From a virus, in the UHGV virus genome UHGV-0054069: a stretch of 64,000 nucleotides of DNA, one strand, 5' to 3'. The translations under genes were made by a program, and so were the position numbers. The notes under the pieces are model-generated. The model did no database searches. It saw nothing but the letters and a program-made list of their open reading frames with translations, and was not told the origin of the DNA. Below are positions 23,034 to 34,073 of this stretch, piece by piece. The stretch's first letter is position 1, and the number at the start of each line of letters is the position of its first letter.

Positions 23034-24650
23034 TTGCAGAGGTGCTTAATGGACTTAAATGTTATTAAGCAGAAGCGAGTGGAAGATGTAAGGAAAGTCC
23101 TAGCAGGTGAGTTGGGGCTTTCTGAAGAAGTAAAAGATATTATCAAATCCTTTGGTAAAGACCCCTCTAAATTCCTTCCAACTCAAATTCTGACTTTATT
23201 AAGGTACACCCCAGACCAAGTAAGACTCATCTTTAAATTGATGACTGACAAGAACTATGTAGCTCCACAGCCTGGCTCTCAAGAAGTATTCTTGAATACC
23301 AATGCTGACTTGGTGTTATATGGTGGTGCTGCTGGTGCTGGTAAGACTGCTGCCCTTTTAATGGACTCTTTGAGATTCATTGATGACCCTAACTATAACG
23401 CTGTATATTTCCGTCGAAATACTACACAGTTACAAGGTGGTTTATGGCCAGCAGCTAAAAAGCTATTTGGTAAGTTTGGTGGAATCCCACACGAACAGAA
23501 AATGACTATTACGTTCCCTTCAGGAGCGACTATTAAGTTTACTTATTTGGAACTTGAAAAACACTCAGAAGGTCACCAAGGTATCGAATACTCAGCTATT
23601 TACTTCGACGAAGGTACACACTTCTCGGCTTCACAGATTTCATATCTTCAGACACGTTTACGTTCTGGTGCTGAAGGTGACTCATATATGAAGATTTCCA
23701 TGAACCCAGATAGAGACCACTTTATTTACGATTGGGTAGAACCATTCCTAGATGAAGAAGGTTATCCAGACCCGTCTAAATGCGGTAGGATTCGTTGGTA
23801 TGTTATGAGTGATGGTGTAATGGTTTCTGATTGGGACAAGAATAAGATTCTTGAAATGTTCCCTCTAGAGATTCCTCAAACATATACCTTTATTTCTGGT
23901 ACGATTGATGACAACCCAATTCTTGATTTCTTAGAACCTAAGTATCGTGGTAAATTGGAAAACAATACACCAGTTAACGTTGCTCGTCTTCGTTTTGGTA
24001 ACTGGAAAGCTCGTGCAGAAGGTTCAAACTATTGGCAAAGACAATGGTGTGAGATTGTTGATAGTGTTCCAGCAGACGTATTTGATGTTCGTGCTTGGGA
24101 CTTAGCAGCAACATTACCCTCAGAAGTTAACCCTAATCCTGACTGGACAGCAGGTGTGAAAATGGGTAAATCTAAAAAAGATGGTTGCTATTATGTAATT
24201 AACGTAGTAAGATTTAGAGATAGACCTTCTGGAGTTGAAACACAAATTAATATGACTGCTGAAGGTGATGGTAAACGTACTGGTATTTTTATCCCACAAG
24301 ACCCAGGCGCTGCTGGTAAATCCTACGCAACATCTCTTATTAGAAAACTTGCTGAGAAAGGCTATAGAGCAAGAGCTAAACCTACCAATAAAGATAAAGT
24401 TACCCGTTTTGCGGGTTTCTCTGCTGCTTCAGAAGCTGGTCTTGTTAAAATTGTTAGAGGCTCTTGGAATGAAGCTTATTTCCAAGAACTAGAAGGTTTT
24501 TGTGGTGATGGTCGTACTAAGGATGACCAAGTGGATGCTACCAGTGATGCTTTCAACAGTCTTAATGAAGTTAAACTATTCAAGCCACCTTCAATGGGTA
24601 CTCATACAGATATTGTAAGAAGTAATCCATACGAAGGGCTGAGATTCTAA
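23034..24650 (+). CDS. terL: terminase large subunit
   Basis: Walker A LYGGAAGAGKT; size and position before portal; start may be ATG 23049. Confidence 0.8.
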   Translation: MQRCLMDLNVIKQKRVEDVRKVLAGELGLSEEVKDIIKSFGKDPSKFLPTQILTLLRYTPDQVRLIFKLMTDKNYVAPQPGSQEVFLNTNADLVLYGGAAGAGKTAALLMDSLRFIDDPNYNAVYFRRNTTQLQGGLWPAAKKLFGKFGGIPHEQKMTITFPSGATIKFTYLELEKHSEGHQGIEYSAIYFDEGTHFSASQISYLQTRLRSGAEGDSYMKISMNPDRDHFIYDWVEPFLDEEGYPDPSKCGRIRWYVMSDGVMVSDWDKNKILEMFPLEIPQTYTFISGTIDDNPILDFLEPKYRGKLENNTPVNVARLRFGNWKARAEGSNYWQRQWCEIVDSVPADVFDVRAWDLAATLPSEVNPNPDWTAGVKMGKSKKDGCYYVINVVRFRDRPSGVETQINMTAEGDGKRTGIFIPQDPGAAGKSYATSLIRKLAEKGYRARAKPTNKDKVTRFAGFSAASEAGLVKIVRGSWNEAYFQELEGFCGDGRTKDDQVDATSDAFNSLNEVKLFKPPSMGTHTDIVRSNPYEGLRF

Positions 24651-24662
24651 TAGGTAGAAAGA

Positions 24663-26129
24663 ATGGCAGATATCACAGAAACACAAGAAAGCCTTCCTCC
24701 ATTCAGAATGGGTGAGGTTGGGAGTCTTGGCCTTAAAGTTCGTTCAGGAAGAATCTATGAAGAACCTAGACAGGCTTTAAGATTCCCAGAAAGTATTAAG
24801 ACTTTCCAACTTATGATGCGAGACCCAGCAGTAGCTGCATCTGTGAACATTATTAAAATGTTTGTCAGAAAGGTTAACTGGAGATTCGTACCACCGAAGG
24901 GTAAAGAGAAAGATGCGAAGCTAATTGAAAGAGCAGAGTTCTTCAACTCATTAATGAATGACATGGAGCATGATTGGGCTGACTTTATTAACTCTGTTAT
25001 GTCATTCTGTACTTATGGCTTCTGCGTAAATGAAAAGGTTTATAAGAAACGTCAAGGTAAGAAAGGTAAATATCCTTCCAAGTACAATGATGGTTTAATT
25101 GGTTGGGCTAAGTTACCAATCAGAAATCAGTCAACACTGGATAAGTGGTATTTTGACGCTGACTACAGAAAAGTTACTGGAGTTAGACAGAACCTGAGAA
25201 ATGTCTCTTATATTACTGGTGCAATTAATCTTGCAGAACAACCATTGACAAGAAAACTCCCTAGAAGTAAATTCTTGCTATTCAAGTACGATGATGAATA
25301 TGGAAACCCAGAGGGACGTTCACCACTCCTTAATGCTTATGTACCTTGGAAATATAAGGTTCAGATTGAAGAGTATGAAGCAGTTGGTGTATCAAGAGAC
25401 TTAGTGGGTATGCCTAAGATTGGTCTTCCACCAGATTATCTGGATGAGAATGCAGAACCTGAAAAGAAAGCTTTCGTGAAGTATTGCAAAGATATCGTGA
25501 ATGATTTAATTGCAAATGATAGAGCAGGTATTATCTGGCCTAGATTTATCGACCCAGAAACTAAAGAAGATATCTTTGAGTTCTCATTAGTTTCTAGACA
25601 GGGTGCTAAGGCTTATGATACAGGTTCAATCATTGACAGATATTCTAAGCAGATTATGATGGCCTTTATGTCAGATGTTCTTGCTATGGGACAATCAAAA
25701 TATGGTTCATTCTCTTTGGCAGACTCTAAGACAAGCTTGTTAGCAATGTCTGTAGATATTCTTCTGAAGCAAATCAAGAACGTTATTAACCGTGACCTAG
25801 TAGCACAGACTTACGCTCTGAATATGTGGGATGACGAAGAACACGTTGAGATTGTTTATGATGATATTGAAACTCCAGACCTAGAAGCTATTGGTGCTTA
25901 TATTCAGAAGACCGTTGCAGTTGGGGCTATGGAAGTTGATAAGCCATTGTCTGATAAGTTAAGAGAACATATTGGTTTACCACCTGCTGATTCATCTAAA
26001 CCTGTATCTGAAGAATTATCTCCTAACACTCAAAGTCGTTCTGGAGATGGTTATAAGACTGCTGGAGAGGGAACTGCTAAGACTCCTTCAGCAAAAGACC
26101 CAAGTACAGCTAACAAGGCAAACAAATAA
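24663..26129 (+). CDS. portal protein (putative)
   Basis: 488 aa directly after TerL and before prohead protease. Confidence 0.55.
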   Translation: MADITETQESLPPFRMGEVGSLGLKVRSGRIYEEPRQALRFPESIKTFQLMMRDPAVAASVNIIKMFVRKVNWRFVPPKGKEKDAKLIERAEFFNSLMNDMEHDWADFINSVMSFCTYGFCVNEKVYKKRQGKKGKYPSKYNDGLIGWAKLPIRNQSTLDKWYFDADYRKVTGVRQNLRNVSYITGAINLAEQPLTRKLPRSKFLLFKYDDEYGNPEGRSPLLNAYVPWKYKVQIEEYEAVGVSRDLVGMPKIGLPPDYLDENAEPEKKAFVKYCKDIVNDLIANDRAGIIWPRFIDPETKEDIFEFSLVSRQGAKAYDTGSIIDRYSKQIMMAFMSDVLAMGQSKYGSFSLADSKTSLLAMSVDILLKQIKNVINRDLVAQTYALNMWDDEEHVEIVYDDIETPDLEAIGAYIQKTVAVGAMEVDKPLSDKLREHIGLPPADSSKPVSEELSPNTQSRSGDGYKTAGEGTAKTPSAKDPSTANKANK

Positions 26130-26629
26130 TGGCAGAAGTTATCTCTATTTCAAATGCTACTAGAGTGCATTCCTATAGAGGTGTCTTAATTATCACTGAT
26201 GATTTAACTATAGAGGCTGGCTCAAGAGTCAGCCTATCAGGGTATATTAGTGGTGGTGGAACCTCTGACGTTTTCACTATTTGCAGGTTACTTGATGCTC
26301 CAATGAACGGAAATCCGTTTATTTCAAACAATTGTAGCGAAATTGTTAAAATTCCATTTGACAGTTCATGCCTTTTGGGTGTAAAGTTATATAACTGTGA
26401 GAATAAACGTGTTAACGTTAATAGTGTTGAAGCTGCTTTCATTACCATTGATACAGCATTTCAATCTCCAATGACAGTAAACAAGTCTACTAACAGACTT
26501 GAATACATTTTTTCACAAAATGATTACAAAGTACTTGTCAAAGGTAAAGTTTATGATATGATTGTAAATGTGGTGGATGAATCTGGTAACCATTCAACAG
26601 TCCTTAAACAAAAAGTAAGGTTTAATTAA
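26129..26629 (+). CDS. hypothetical virion-module protein
   Basis: ORF, start overlaps portal stop. Confidence 0.45.
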   Translation: MAEVISISNATRVHSYRGVLIITDDLTIEAGSRVSLSGYISGGGTSDVFTICRLLDAPMNGNPFISNNCSEIVKIPFDSSCLLGVKLYNCENKRVNVNSVEAAFITIDTAFQSPMTVNKSTNRLEYIFSQNDYKVLVKGKVYDMIVNVVDESGNHSTVLKQKVRFN

Positions 26630-26961
26630 TGGGAACATTAACTATTGATGGTAAGAATAAAATCCTAGCCACACTAACCCCGACGACTATTGTATTACAC
26701 AATGTAGACCCAACGGCAGACCCTACAGCAAATAAGGTTACTCAGCCAGTGGCTATCTTCTTTTCGGAACCTGATAACGGTCTAATTGCCTCAGAAGATA
26801 CGGTAAACATTACTGTTCCGGCTTCTGCAACGGTTTCACATTATAGCCTATGGGATGAGAATATCAAGTGCGTGGCAACAGGTGCTTTGAGTAAACCTCA
26901 GTTCTTTGCTGAAGAAGGTATCTATGTTATCTCTTCAGTGTCCGTTGACTTAAACAAATAG
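26629..26961 (+). CDS. hypothetical virion-module protein
   Basis: ORF, coupled. Confidence 0.45.
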   Translation: MGTLTIDGKNKILATLTPTTIVLHNVDPTADPTANKVTQPVAIFFSEPDNGLIASEDTVNITVPASATVSHYSLWDENIKCVATGALSKPQFFAEEGIYVISSVSVDLNK

Positions 26962-26972
26962 GGTGAGTAATA

Positions 26973-28313
26973 ATGAGTTCGAATATCTTCAGACTTGCTG
27001 ATAGATTATTCAACCAACCTTTACTAGCCACTGAATCATTAGCTCACTCAGCAGCGACTTATGTAAATAACCGCTTGCTAGGTGAAGTACAAGCAGCAGT
27101 AAACTTCGACAAACCTAAAGGTGAAGCAAGAAGTCTTTTAAAAGTTCAAGACGATATTGCTATCATCCCTATTATGGGTGGCCTAACACATCGTATGACA
27201 TTTATGGATGCTATGTGTACTGGTGGTCTGAGTTCTTATGAAGGTTTACGCAGAGGCTTCGATGAAGCTTTAGCAGATGAATCTATTAAGACTATCGTAC
27301 TGCATGTTGATTCAGGTGGTGGTGAAGCGTCAGGTTGCTTTGAGTTGGCACGTCACATCATGGCTTCAAGAGGCCAAAAGAAAATTATCGCTTATGTAGA
27401 TGAGTTCGCTTGTTCCGCTGCATATGCTCTTGCATCTTCTGCTGAAGAAATTATTGCTTCACCAGATGCAGACGTTGGTTCAATCGGTGTAATTATGGTT
27501 CACCAAGAATTGACAAGGGCTTTTGAAAAGAATGGCGTTACAATTAACGTTATTAAAGCTGGTGAGTTTAAAGGTATGGGTTCTCCCTTCCAAGCACTTT
27601 CAGAAGAAAGCAAAGAAAGACTTCAAAAGAGAATTAATGACACCTATTCAACCTTTACAGGTTTTGTAGCTGAGTCCCGTAGTATCTCTGAAGAAGCTGT
27701 AAAGAATACTGAGGCGAATGTTTATTCTGCTCAGGAAGCTCTTGAACTTGGTTTAATCAATTCAATCATGTCTCAAGATGATTTCTTAAATTACTTACAA
27801 GGTTCTGAAGAGGCTCCTGTAAGTTTAAACGTTAACAATTCAGGTGAAGAAATGACTGAACAAGAAAAGCAAGAACTAGAGGCTTTGCGTCTTCAGGTTG
27901 CTCAAATGAAAGCTAAAGAACAGGAAGCTACTCTGTCAGATTTAACTGGCAAGATTTCTGCTTCTGCTGAAGCTTTTGGGTTTGATGCAAAAGAAGCTGC
28001 AACAGCTATTTTAGGTGCTGGTCTTGATAACCCTCTGAGTGTTCTGTTTATGAATGCTATGGAAGGTGCTAACCAGAAACTTAATGAAACTATCGCGTCC
28101 CATGCTTCCGCAATGTCTGAGAAGGACTCAGAAATCACTAAGCTGAAAGAAACTGCTGGTGCTGTTCTGGAACACTCTACCGCAATGGAAGAAATCGGAA
28201 ATGACGGTGAAGCAGATTTGGAAGAAGAAGTAGAAGCTCCAAATGCTGATGCAAACACCGACCAACGCAAACTGGCTCTCCAGAATGCTTTGCAATCTCT
28301 TATCAAGAAATAA
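26973..28313 (+). CDS. prohead protease (S49/ClpP-like) with scaffold-like coiled-coil C-terminus
   Basis: HVDSGGGEASG and FACSAAYALASSA motifs; C-terminal half Glu/Ala-rich helical. Confidence 0.7.
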   Translation: MSSNIFRLADRLFNQPLLATESLAHSAATYVNNRLLGEVQAAVNFDKPKGEARSLLKVQDDIAIIPIMGGLTHRMTFMDAMCTGGLSSYEGLRRGFDEALADESIKTIVLHVDSGGGEASGCFELARHIMASRGQKKIIAYVDEFACSAAYALASSAEEIIASPDADVGSIGVIMVHQELTRAFEKNGVTINVIKAGEFKGMGSPFQALSEESKERLQKRINDTYSTFTGFVAESRSISEEAVKNTEANVYSAQEALELGLINSIMSQDDFLNYLQGSEEAPVSLNVNNSGEEMTEQEKQELEALRLQVAQMKAKEQEATLSDLTGKISASAEAFGFDAKEAATAILGAGLDNPLSVLFMNAMEGANQKLNETIASHASAMSEKDSEITKLKETAGAVLEHSTAMEEIGNDGEADLEEEVEAPNADANTDQRKLALQNALQSLIKK

Positions 28314-28325
28314 GGAACACAAATA

Positions 28326-28703
28326 ATGGCATATCCAGGTTTTACTAAATTAGGTGAAAGAGAACCTCTGAATGATATCATTCTATGGGAACAGATTACA
28401 CCAACTGGTCACTCTCGTAAAGAGTACGCTCCAGTAGCCAGCACAGAATACCGTGTAGGTGAAGTTCTGAAAGCTGACGGCTCTAAAGTAGCTGCTGGTC
28501 AAGAAGCTCAGGCTGACTCTGTTTGTATCGTAAACTTCTATGCAGACCTGCAACTGTCTTACCACGGTCAGTTGAAAGTTGTTGGTATCTACCGTGACGC
28601 TGAACTTAAGGACTTACTGACATTAGCAGATGGTGTTGATGCTGCTGCTGTTAAGTCTGCCCTGAAAGCAAAAGGTATTGATTTCGTACCAACTGGCCTG
28701 TAA
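28326..28703 (+). CDS. head decoration protein (putative)
   Basis: small protein between protease/scaffold and capsid gene, lambda gpD-like position. Confidence 0.4.
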   Translation: MAYPGFTKLGEREPLNDIILWEQITPTGHSRKEYAPVASTEYRVGEVLKADGSKVAAGQEAQADSVCIVNFYADLQLSYHGQLKVVGIYRDAELKDLLTLADGVDAAAVKSALKAKGIDFVPTGL

Positions 28704-28734
28704 TTAATAATAAGACATTCTGGAGAATTTTATA

Positions 28735-29841
28735 ATGGCATTAACTAATTCTGAAAAAAGCAGATTTTTCCTTGCTGACCTGACTGGTGAAGTCCAGTCT
28801 ATCCCAAATACTTACGGTTATATTTCCGGTTTGGGACTGTTCCGTTCTGCTCCACAGACTCAAACTACTTTCCTGATGGACTTGACAGATTGGGATATCA
28901 GCTTGCTTGATGCTGTAGACCGCACTAGTCGTAAAGCTGAAACAAGTGCGCCTGAACGTGTTAAGCAGATTAGCTTCCCAATGATGTACTTCAAGGAAGT
29001 TGAAAGCATCACTCCTGATGAAATTCAGGGTGTACGTCAGCCAGGCACTGCAAATGAACTGACTACTGAAGCAGTTGTACGTGCTAAGAAGCTGATGAAG
29101 ATTCGTACCAAGTTCGATATTACTCGTGAGTTCTTGTTCATGCAAGCCCTGAAGGGTAAAGTAATTGACGCTAACGGTGTTCTGTACGCAGACCTGTACA
29201 AGCAGTTCGATGTAACTAAGAAGACTATCTACTTCGACCTTGACAACCCGAACTCTGATATCGATGCGCACATTGAAGACCTGCGTATGCACATGGAAGA
29301 CGAAGCTAAGACAGGTACTGTAATTAACGGTGAAGAAATTAACATCGTTGTTGACAGAACTTTCTTCAGCAAACTTACCAAGCATCCGAAGATTCGTGAC
29401 GCATACCTTGCACAGCAGACTCCTCTGGCTTGGCAGCAGATTACTGGTTCTCTAAGAACTGGTGGTTCTGATGGTGTTCAGGCTCATATGAACACATTCT
29501 ACTACGGTGGTGTTAAGTTTGTCCAGTACAACGGTAAGTTCAAAGACAAGCGTAACAAGACTCACACTCTGGTGAGCATTGACGGTGTGTCTGATGTTAA
29601 TATTGGTGTAGGTCACGCTTTCCCTAACGTTGCAATGCTGGGTGAAGCAAACAACATCTTTGAAGTGGCTTATGCGCCATGTCCTAAGATGGGTTACGCA
29701 AATACTCTTGGTCAGGAACTGTACGTATTCGAATATGAAAAAGACCGTGACGAAGGTATTGACTTCGAAGCTCACTCTTACATGCTTCCATACTGCACAC
29801 GTCCTCAGTTACTGGTTGACGTTCGTTCAGACGCTGCTTAA
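28735..29841 (+). CDS. major capsid protein (putative)
   Basis: 368 aa after decoration gene; strong GGAGA RBS; codon usage typical of highly expressed gene. Confidence 0.6.
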   Translation: MALTNSEKSRFFLADLTGEVQSIPNTYGYISGLGLFRSAPQTQTTFLMDLTDWDISLLDAVDRTSRKAETSAPERVKQISFPMMYFKEVESITPDEIQGVRQPGTANELTTEAVVRAKKLMKIRTKFDITREFLFMQALKGKVIDANGVLYADLYKQFDVTKKTIYFDLDNPNSDIDAHIEDLRMHMEDEAKTGTVINGEEINIVVDRTFFSKLTKHPKIRDAYLAQQTPLAWQQITGSLRTGGSDGVQAHMNTFYYGGVKFVQYNGKFKDKRNKTHTLVSIDGVSDVNIGVGHAFPNVAMLGEANNIFEVAYAPCPKMGYANTLGQELYVFEYEKDRDEGIDFEAHSYMLPYCTRPQLLVDVRSDAA

Positions 29842-29862
29842 TACAGATAAGGAGGGTTATTA

Positions 29863-30312
29863 ATGTGTTACACAGGCGACCCAGCCAATAACCCTCTTGA
29901 TAGAGTTAGAATCCTCTGCACCGATACTGACAATAATGAATTACTTATTGAACAGTCGGTGCTTGAGTGGTTCTACCAAGAATCTGGAAAGGATGAAAAG
30001 AAAGCAGCCATCAAAGCTCTTAAATATTTACTCTTTCAAGTAGCCAAGATGGGAGATGAGAAAGTTGGTGGTGTTTATTTACGTAACTCTTCCAGATTCA
30101 AATCTCTAAAAGCTGCATATGACGACCTAGTTAAAAGCTCTGTTAATGGTATCCCTTATGCGGGAGGTATTAATCAGTGTGACATTGATATGCGTCGTCA
30201 AAATCCTTGCTCTGTCAAGAAATATACTGAATACGGTGATGCTGCACGTTATGATGGTAGAGATTACTGCGAACGTGTGAATGGTGTATTTGTTATCGAG
30301 CGAGATGAATAA
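29863..30312 (+). CDS. head completion / connector protein (putative)
   Basis: position. Confidence 0.4.
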   Translation: MCYTGDPANNPLDRVRILCTDTDNNELLIEQSVLEWFYQESGKDEKKAAIKALKYLLFQVAKMGDEKVGGVYLRNSSRFKSLKAAYDDLVKSSVNGIPYAGGINQCDIDMRRQNPCSVKKYTEYGDAARYDGRDYCERVNGVFVIERDE

Positions 30313-30794
30313 TGGTTAAAAGGGTTATTCACCCCGCTAGAGCTAAATTAGTCGGGGCTATGAAGAACTTGCATACGGCTAATGCTCAAGTTGGGTATTT
30401 TCAAGAACAAGGTCAACATAGCTCTGGTTTTTCTTATCCTGCTTTAATGTATTTACACGAAGTTATTGGGGTTCCCTCTGCTTCTGGTAAAGTTTATCGT
30501 AGGCTGTTTGAAATTACTATGATGTTATCTCGACAGACCTTGTTAGAGCAGACTAAGAAGAATCTCTATAAGCAATTAAACAGTCTTAATACTGACCCCT
30601 CAGATACTTTAGAAGCATTTGCAAAGAGTGCTCAGAAAGCAATTAAAAGAGGTTTTGGTAATACGGCTATATTACCTCCTAATGCTCCATCTACAGTTAA
30701 AAAGAAAGGCTTTAATGCCCCTCTTGTGGAAACTGGAGATTTACGAGATAACCTTGCTTATAAAATCTCTACAAAGAAAGGTATTAAGAAATGA
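30312..30794 (+). CDS. head-tail joining protein (putative)
   Basis: position, coupled overlaps. Confidence 0.4.
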   Translation: MVKRVIHPARAKLVGAMKNLHTANAQVGYFQEQGQHSSGFSYPALMYLHEVIGVPSASGKVYRRLFEITMMLSRQTLLEQTKKNLYKQLNSLNTDPSDTLEAFAKSAQKAIKRGFGNTAILPPNAPSTVKKKGFNAPLVETGDLRDNLAYKISTKKGIKK

Positions 30795-31192
30795 GGCTCT
30801 TGAACAGACACAGCTTTGTAGTTAAACGTAAGGTCTCTGAAGATGGTTATTACAATAACGATGGTGATTGGGTAGCTTCTCAGGATATTATAGCAATTAA
30901 CTGCAAAGGTAATATCCAACCTTATATCAAGGGTTCTGTAAAGAATGGTACTCAGATTGTTTTACCTGAAGGTATCAGATTAACAGATACAAGAATCCTT
31001 TTCACTGTAGCTAAATTAAGGACGTCTGATGACGTTGATTGGACTGAAGCTGATATTGTTATGATTGATGGACACGAATACGAAGTCTTCATGATGATGG
31101 ATTGGTCTGAACAATTAGCTCACACATCCCATTATGAATATATCATCATTAGAAGGGATAAGATGAATGCAGTTAGAAACAGCAGAACTTGA
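30791..31192 (+). CDS. head-tail joining protein (putative)
   Basis: position. Confidence 0.4.
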   Translation: MRLLNRHSFVVKRKVSEDGYYNNDGDWVASQDIIAINCKGNIQPYIKGSVKNGTQIVLPEGIRLTDTRILFTVAKLRTSDDVDWTEADIVMIDGHEYEVFMMMDWSEQLAHTSHYEYIIIRRDKMNAVRNSRT

Positions 31193-31766
31193 AAAGGGGA
31201 TTGTTAGAACTTTGGTAGATGTTATCGGTCACCGTTTAGCAAGAGATAAGAATAACAGACCAAACGTTATTAGGGCTTACCCTTCTGACAATTCTAATGA
31301 CAAAGGTTTAAAACCTGACCAGCCATTTATTACGGTTTATTGTCAAGATGCTACCACTCCTTATGGATGGGTTCTTGATAAGTTTGTGGAAGACGATGTA
31401 GTTTGTTACAGAATTGCTTTTCAGATTCCAGTATTAATTACCGTAAATGGTAAAGGTGCTCACAGTATTATGCTGGAGCTAAAACAAAGATTAGAGATGA
31501 GTACGACAAGAGATTTATTAGCTCAAGAGACAGGTGCTTCAGTACTTGACACAGGGGCTATCCCAAATGACTACACTTATCTCAACACAGACTTTGAAAA
31601 TTCTGCACCTCTTGTTGTAACCCTTGTAAAAAATTCAGTATTAAAAGATGAACATGGGAGTATTATTGAACATGTCATTGTGGATGGTGAATTGGTTTAC
31701 GAGGAAGGACAGGAGCCACCAGAATATACTATCCATCTAGATGTAGACTCCAAAGGGGTAAAATAA
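31167..31766 (+). CDS. tail completion protein (putative)
   Basis: position. Confidence 0.4.
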   Translation: MQLETAELEKGIVRTLVDVIGHRLARDKNNRPNVIRAYPSDNSNDKGLKPDQPFITVYCQDATTPYGWVLDKFVEDDVVCYRIAFQIPVLITVNGKGAHSIMLELKQRLEMSTTRDLLAQETGASVLDTGAIPNDYTYLNTDFENSAPLVVTLVKNSVLKDEHGSIIEHVIVDGELVYEEGQEPPEYTIHLDVDSKGVK

Positions 31767-33119
31767 ATGTGGAATCCAATTGTTAATGTAGATATTACAT
31801 TGAACACAGCAGGGACTACAAGAGAAGGTTTTGGTTTACCATTATTCCTTGCTTCAACAGATAACTTTGAAGAAAGAATCCGTGGTTATACTTCATTAAC
31901 AGAAGTGGCTGAAGACTTTGATGAAAGTACCGCTGCATATAAAGCTGCAAAACAGCTATGGAGCCAAACTCCAAAAGTAACTCAACTGTATATTGGTAGA
32001 AGAACTATGCAATATACCGTTTCTATTCCTGACACAGTTGCTGAAGGAAGTGAATATTCATTAACAGTTGCTATTGGTGGTGGTGTTTCTCAGCCATTCC
32101 AATACACTGCAAAAGAAAGTGACACAGCACTTATTGTCTTGAGTGAGTTTAAATCACAGATTGAAGCAAGCCCAACAATTAAAGATGGTGTGAATGTTAG
32201 TGTAACAGGTACTGGTGCTTCTGCGACGATGATTATTACTAAAGCTGGTGATAATGATTTCGTAAAAGTAACATCTATCACGGCTACAACATCTATTGCA
32301 GCTACAACTGCTGACACAGCTTCCGCTGCTCTGGCATCCATCGAAACTTATTCAACAGACTGGTACTTCATCTCAGCAGAAGACAGAACTCAACAGTTTG
32401 TCTTGGCAATGGCTTCAGAGATTCAGGCTCGTAAGAAGATTTTCTTTACAGCTAATGCTGACGTTAAAGCTTTGCAAGGAACTGAATTAGCCTCTGCAAC
32501 CGATGTTCCGGCACAGTTAGCTAAAAATAAGTACACTCGTACAGTTTGCTTGTGGCATCACACATCTGAGTATGACTACCCAGAAATGGCTTACATCGCA
32601 TATGGAGCACCTTATGATGCAGGTTCAATTGCTTGGGGTAATGCTCAATTAACTGGTGTTGCAGCATCTCTACAACCTGCTAATCAGAGACCTCTGACAA
32701 GTATTCAGAAGTCAGCTTTAGATGCACGTCACTGTAACTTTATTGACCTTGATGGTGGTGTTCCAGTGGTTCGTAGAGGGATTACTTCTGGTGGGGAATG
32801 GATTGATATCATCCGTGGTGTTGACTGGTTAGAATCAGACCTGAAAACTTCTCTGAGAGACTTGCTAATTAACCAGAAGGGTGGTAAGATTACTTATGAT
32901 GATACTGGTATTACCCGTATTCGTCAAGTCATTGAAACCTCTCTACAAAGAGCAGTCAACAGAAACTTCCTGTCATCTTACACAGTTAATGTTCCTAAAG
33001 CCTCTCAAGTTGCTTTAGCAGACAAGAAAGCACGTATCCTGAAAGATGTTACCTTCGCAGGTATCTTAGCAGGGGCTATCTTGGATGTTGACTTGAAAGG
33101 TACAGTGGCTTACGAATAA
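31767..33119 (+). CDS. tail sheath protein (putative)
   Basis: 450 aa before small tube-like protein, chaperone pair and tape measure. Confidence 0.35.
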   Translation: MWNPIVNVDITLNTAGTTREGFGLPLFLASTDNFEERIRGYTSLTEVAEDFDESTAAYKAAKQLWSQTPKVTQLYIGRRTMQYTVSIPDTVAEGSEYSLTVAIGGGVSQPFQYTAKESDTALIVLSEFKSQIEASPTIKDGVNVSVTGTGASATMIITKAGDNDFVKVTSITATTSIAATTADTASAALASIETYSTDWYFISAEDRTQQFVLAMASEIQARKKIFFTANADVKALQGTELASATDVPAQLAKNKYTRTVCLWHHTSEYDYPEMAYIAYGAPYDAGSIAWGNAQLTGVAASLQPANQRPLTSIQKSALDARHCNFIDLDGGVPVVRRGITSGGEWIDIIRGVDWLESDLKTSLRDLLINQKGGKITYDDTGITRIRQVIETSLQRAVNRNFLSSYTVNVPKASQVALADKKARILKDVTFAGILAGAILDVDLKGTVAYE

Positions 33120-33134
33120 TAGAGGTAAATTGGA

Positions 33135-33581
33135 ATGGCTATGTATCAGCAATATTCCCCTAAAGACGTTGTATGTAGCTGGAACGGCATTGCTATCGAA
33201 GGCTTTGCCCCAGACTCATTCTTGCGTCTACAGAGAACATCACCACTTGTTACACCAGTTGTAGGTGCAGGTGGTCAAGTAGCTCTGACAAGAAATGCAG
33301 ACAAGACAGGTACGATTGAGATTGAGCTAATGCAGACTTCTCTATCAAACCAGATGCTTTCTGCAATTCAAGCTAAACAAGATGACATGGAACTTGAAGA
33401 AGATATCTCATCTAACTTTGTAATTTACGACCCATCCGGTTCAGTTCTGGCAACAGGTATTAATGCTTGGTTGCAAGAGCTTCCACAGATTGAATTAGGT
33501 CGTGACCAGAACTCGAAAACTTGGATTTTCGGTTGTGAGAAGTTAGATTACACTTCAACAATCCCTGCATCAAGCGTTTAA
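33135..33581 (+). CDS. tail tube protein (putative)
   Basis: position and size. Confidence 0.35.
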   Translation: MAMYQQYSPKDVVCSWNGIAIEGFAPDSFLRLQRTSPLVTPVVGAGGQVALTRNADKTGTIEIELMQTSLSNQMLSAIQAKQDDMELEEDISSNFVIYDPSGSVLATGINAWLQELPQIELGRDQNSKTWIFGCEKLDYTSTIPASSV

Positions 33582-33657
33582 CAAATCCTAATAAGGGGGA
33601 GACTGTAAAAGGTCTTCCCCTTTTGTGTTTTTATAGCATAACTTTTAAGGAATCACA

Positions 33658-34065
33658 ATGAAGACTGAAACAAAACATATTAATGGTAAGAAGGTGACAA
33701 TTGTCCTTCTTGGTGCAAGAGATGGTATCAAAATTTCTATGAAGCTTGGTAAGGTCGTTGTACCCACCTTTGCTCAGATGATTACTAGTCTTGCTGGTAA
33801 AGATGGGAATCCAGAAACTCCTAAAGTCCCTTTCAAAGAACTGGTAGAGGCTTGCTTTGACAGAATTGATGAGTTAGATATTGACTCAATGGCAGAATTA
33901 CTATTTCAGGGGGCAACTGTTAATGACTTCCCACTGAAAATTGATAGTTACTTCCAAGCAAACTACGGTGAATTTATTGACTTCTTAGCCTTTGCTTTGG
34001 AGGCAAACTTCGGAAGTTTTTTCGAGGCAAGCATTTTCAAAAGCCTAACTTCTCAGGAAGCTTAA
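33658..34065 (+). CDS. tail assembly chaperone (putative)
   Basis: small acidic protein immediately upstream of tape measure. Confidence 0.35.
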   Translation: MKTETKHINGKKVTIVLLGARDGIKISMKLGKVVVPTFAQMITSLAGKDGNPETPKVPFKELVEACFDRIDELDIDSMAELLFQGATVNDFPLKIDSYFQANYGEFIDFLAFALEANFGSFFEASIFKSLTSQEA

Positions 34066-34073
34066 AGTATGTT

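Noticed and set aside
28741-29775. Minus-strand ORFs 28741..29385 and 29452..29775
   Set aside because: Antisense within the capsid gene, which has strong RBS and context.
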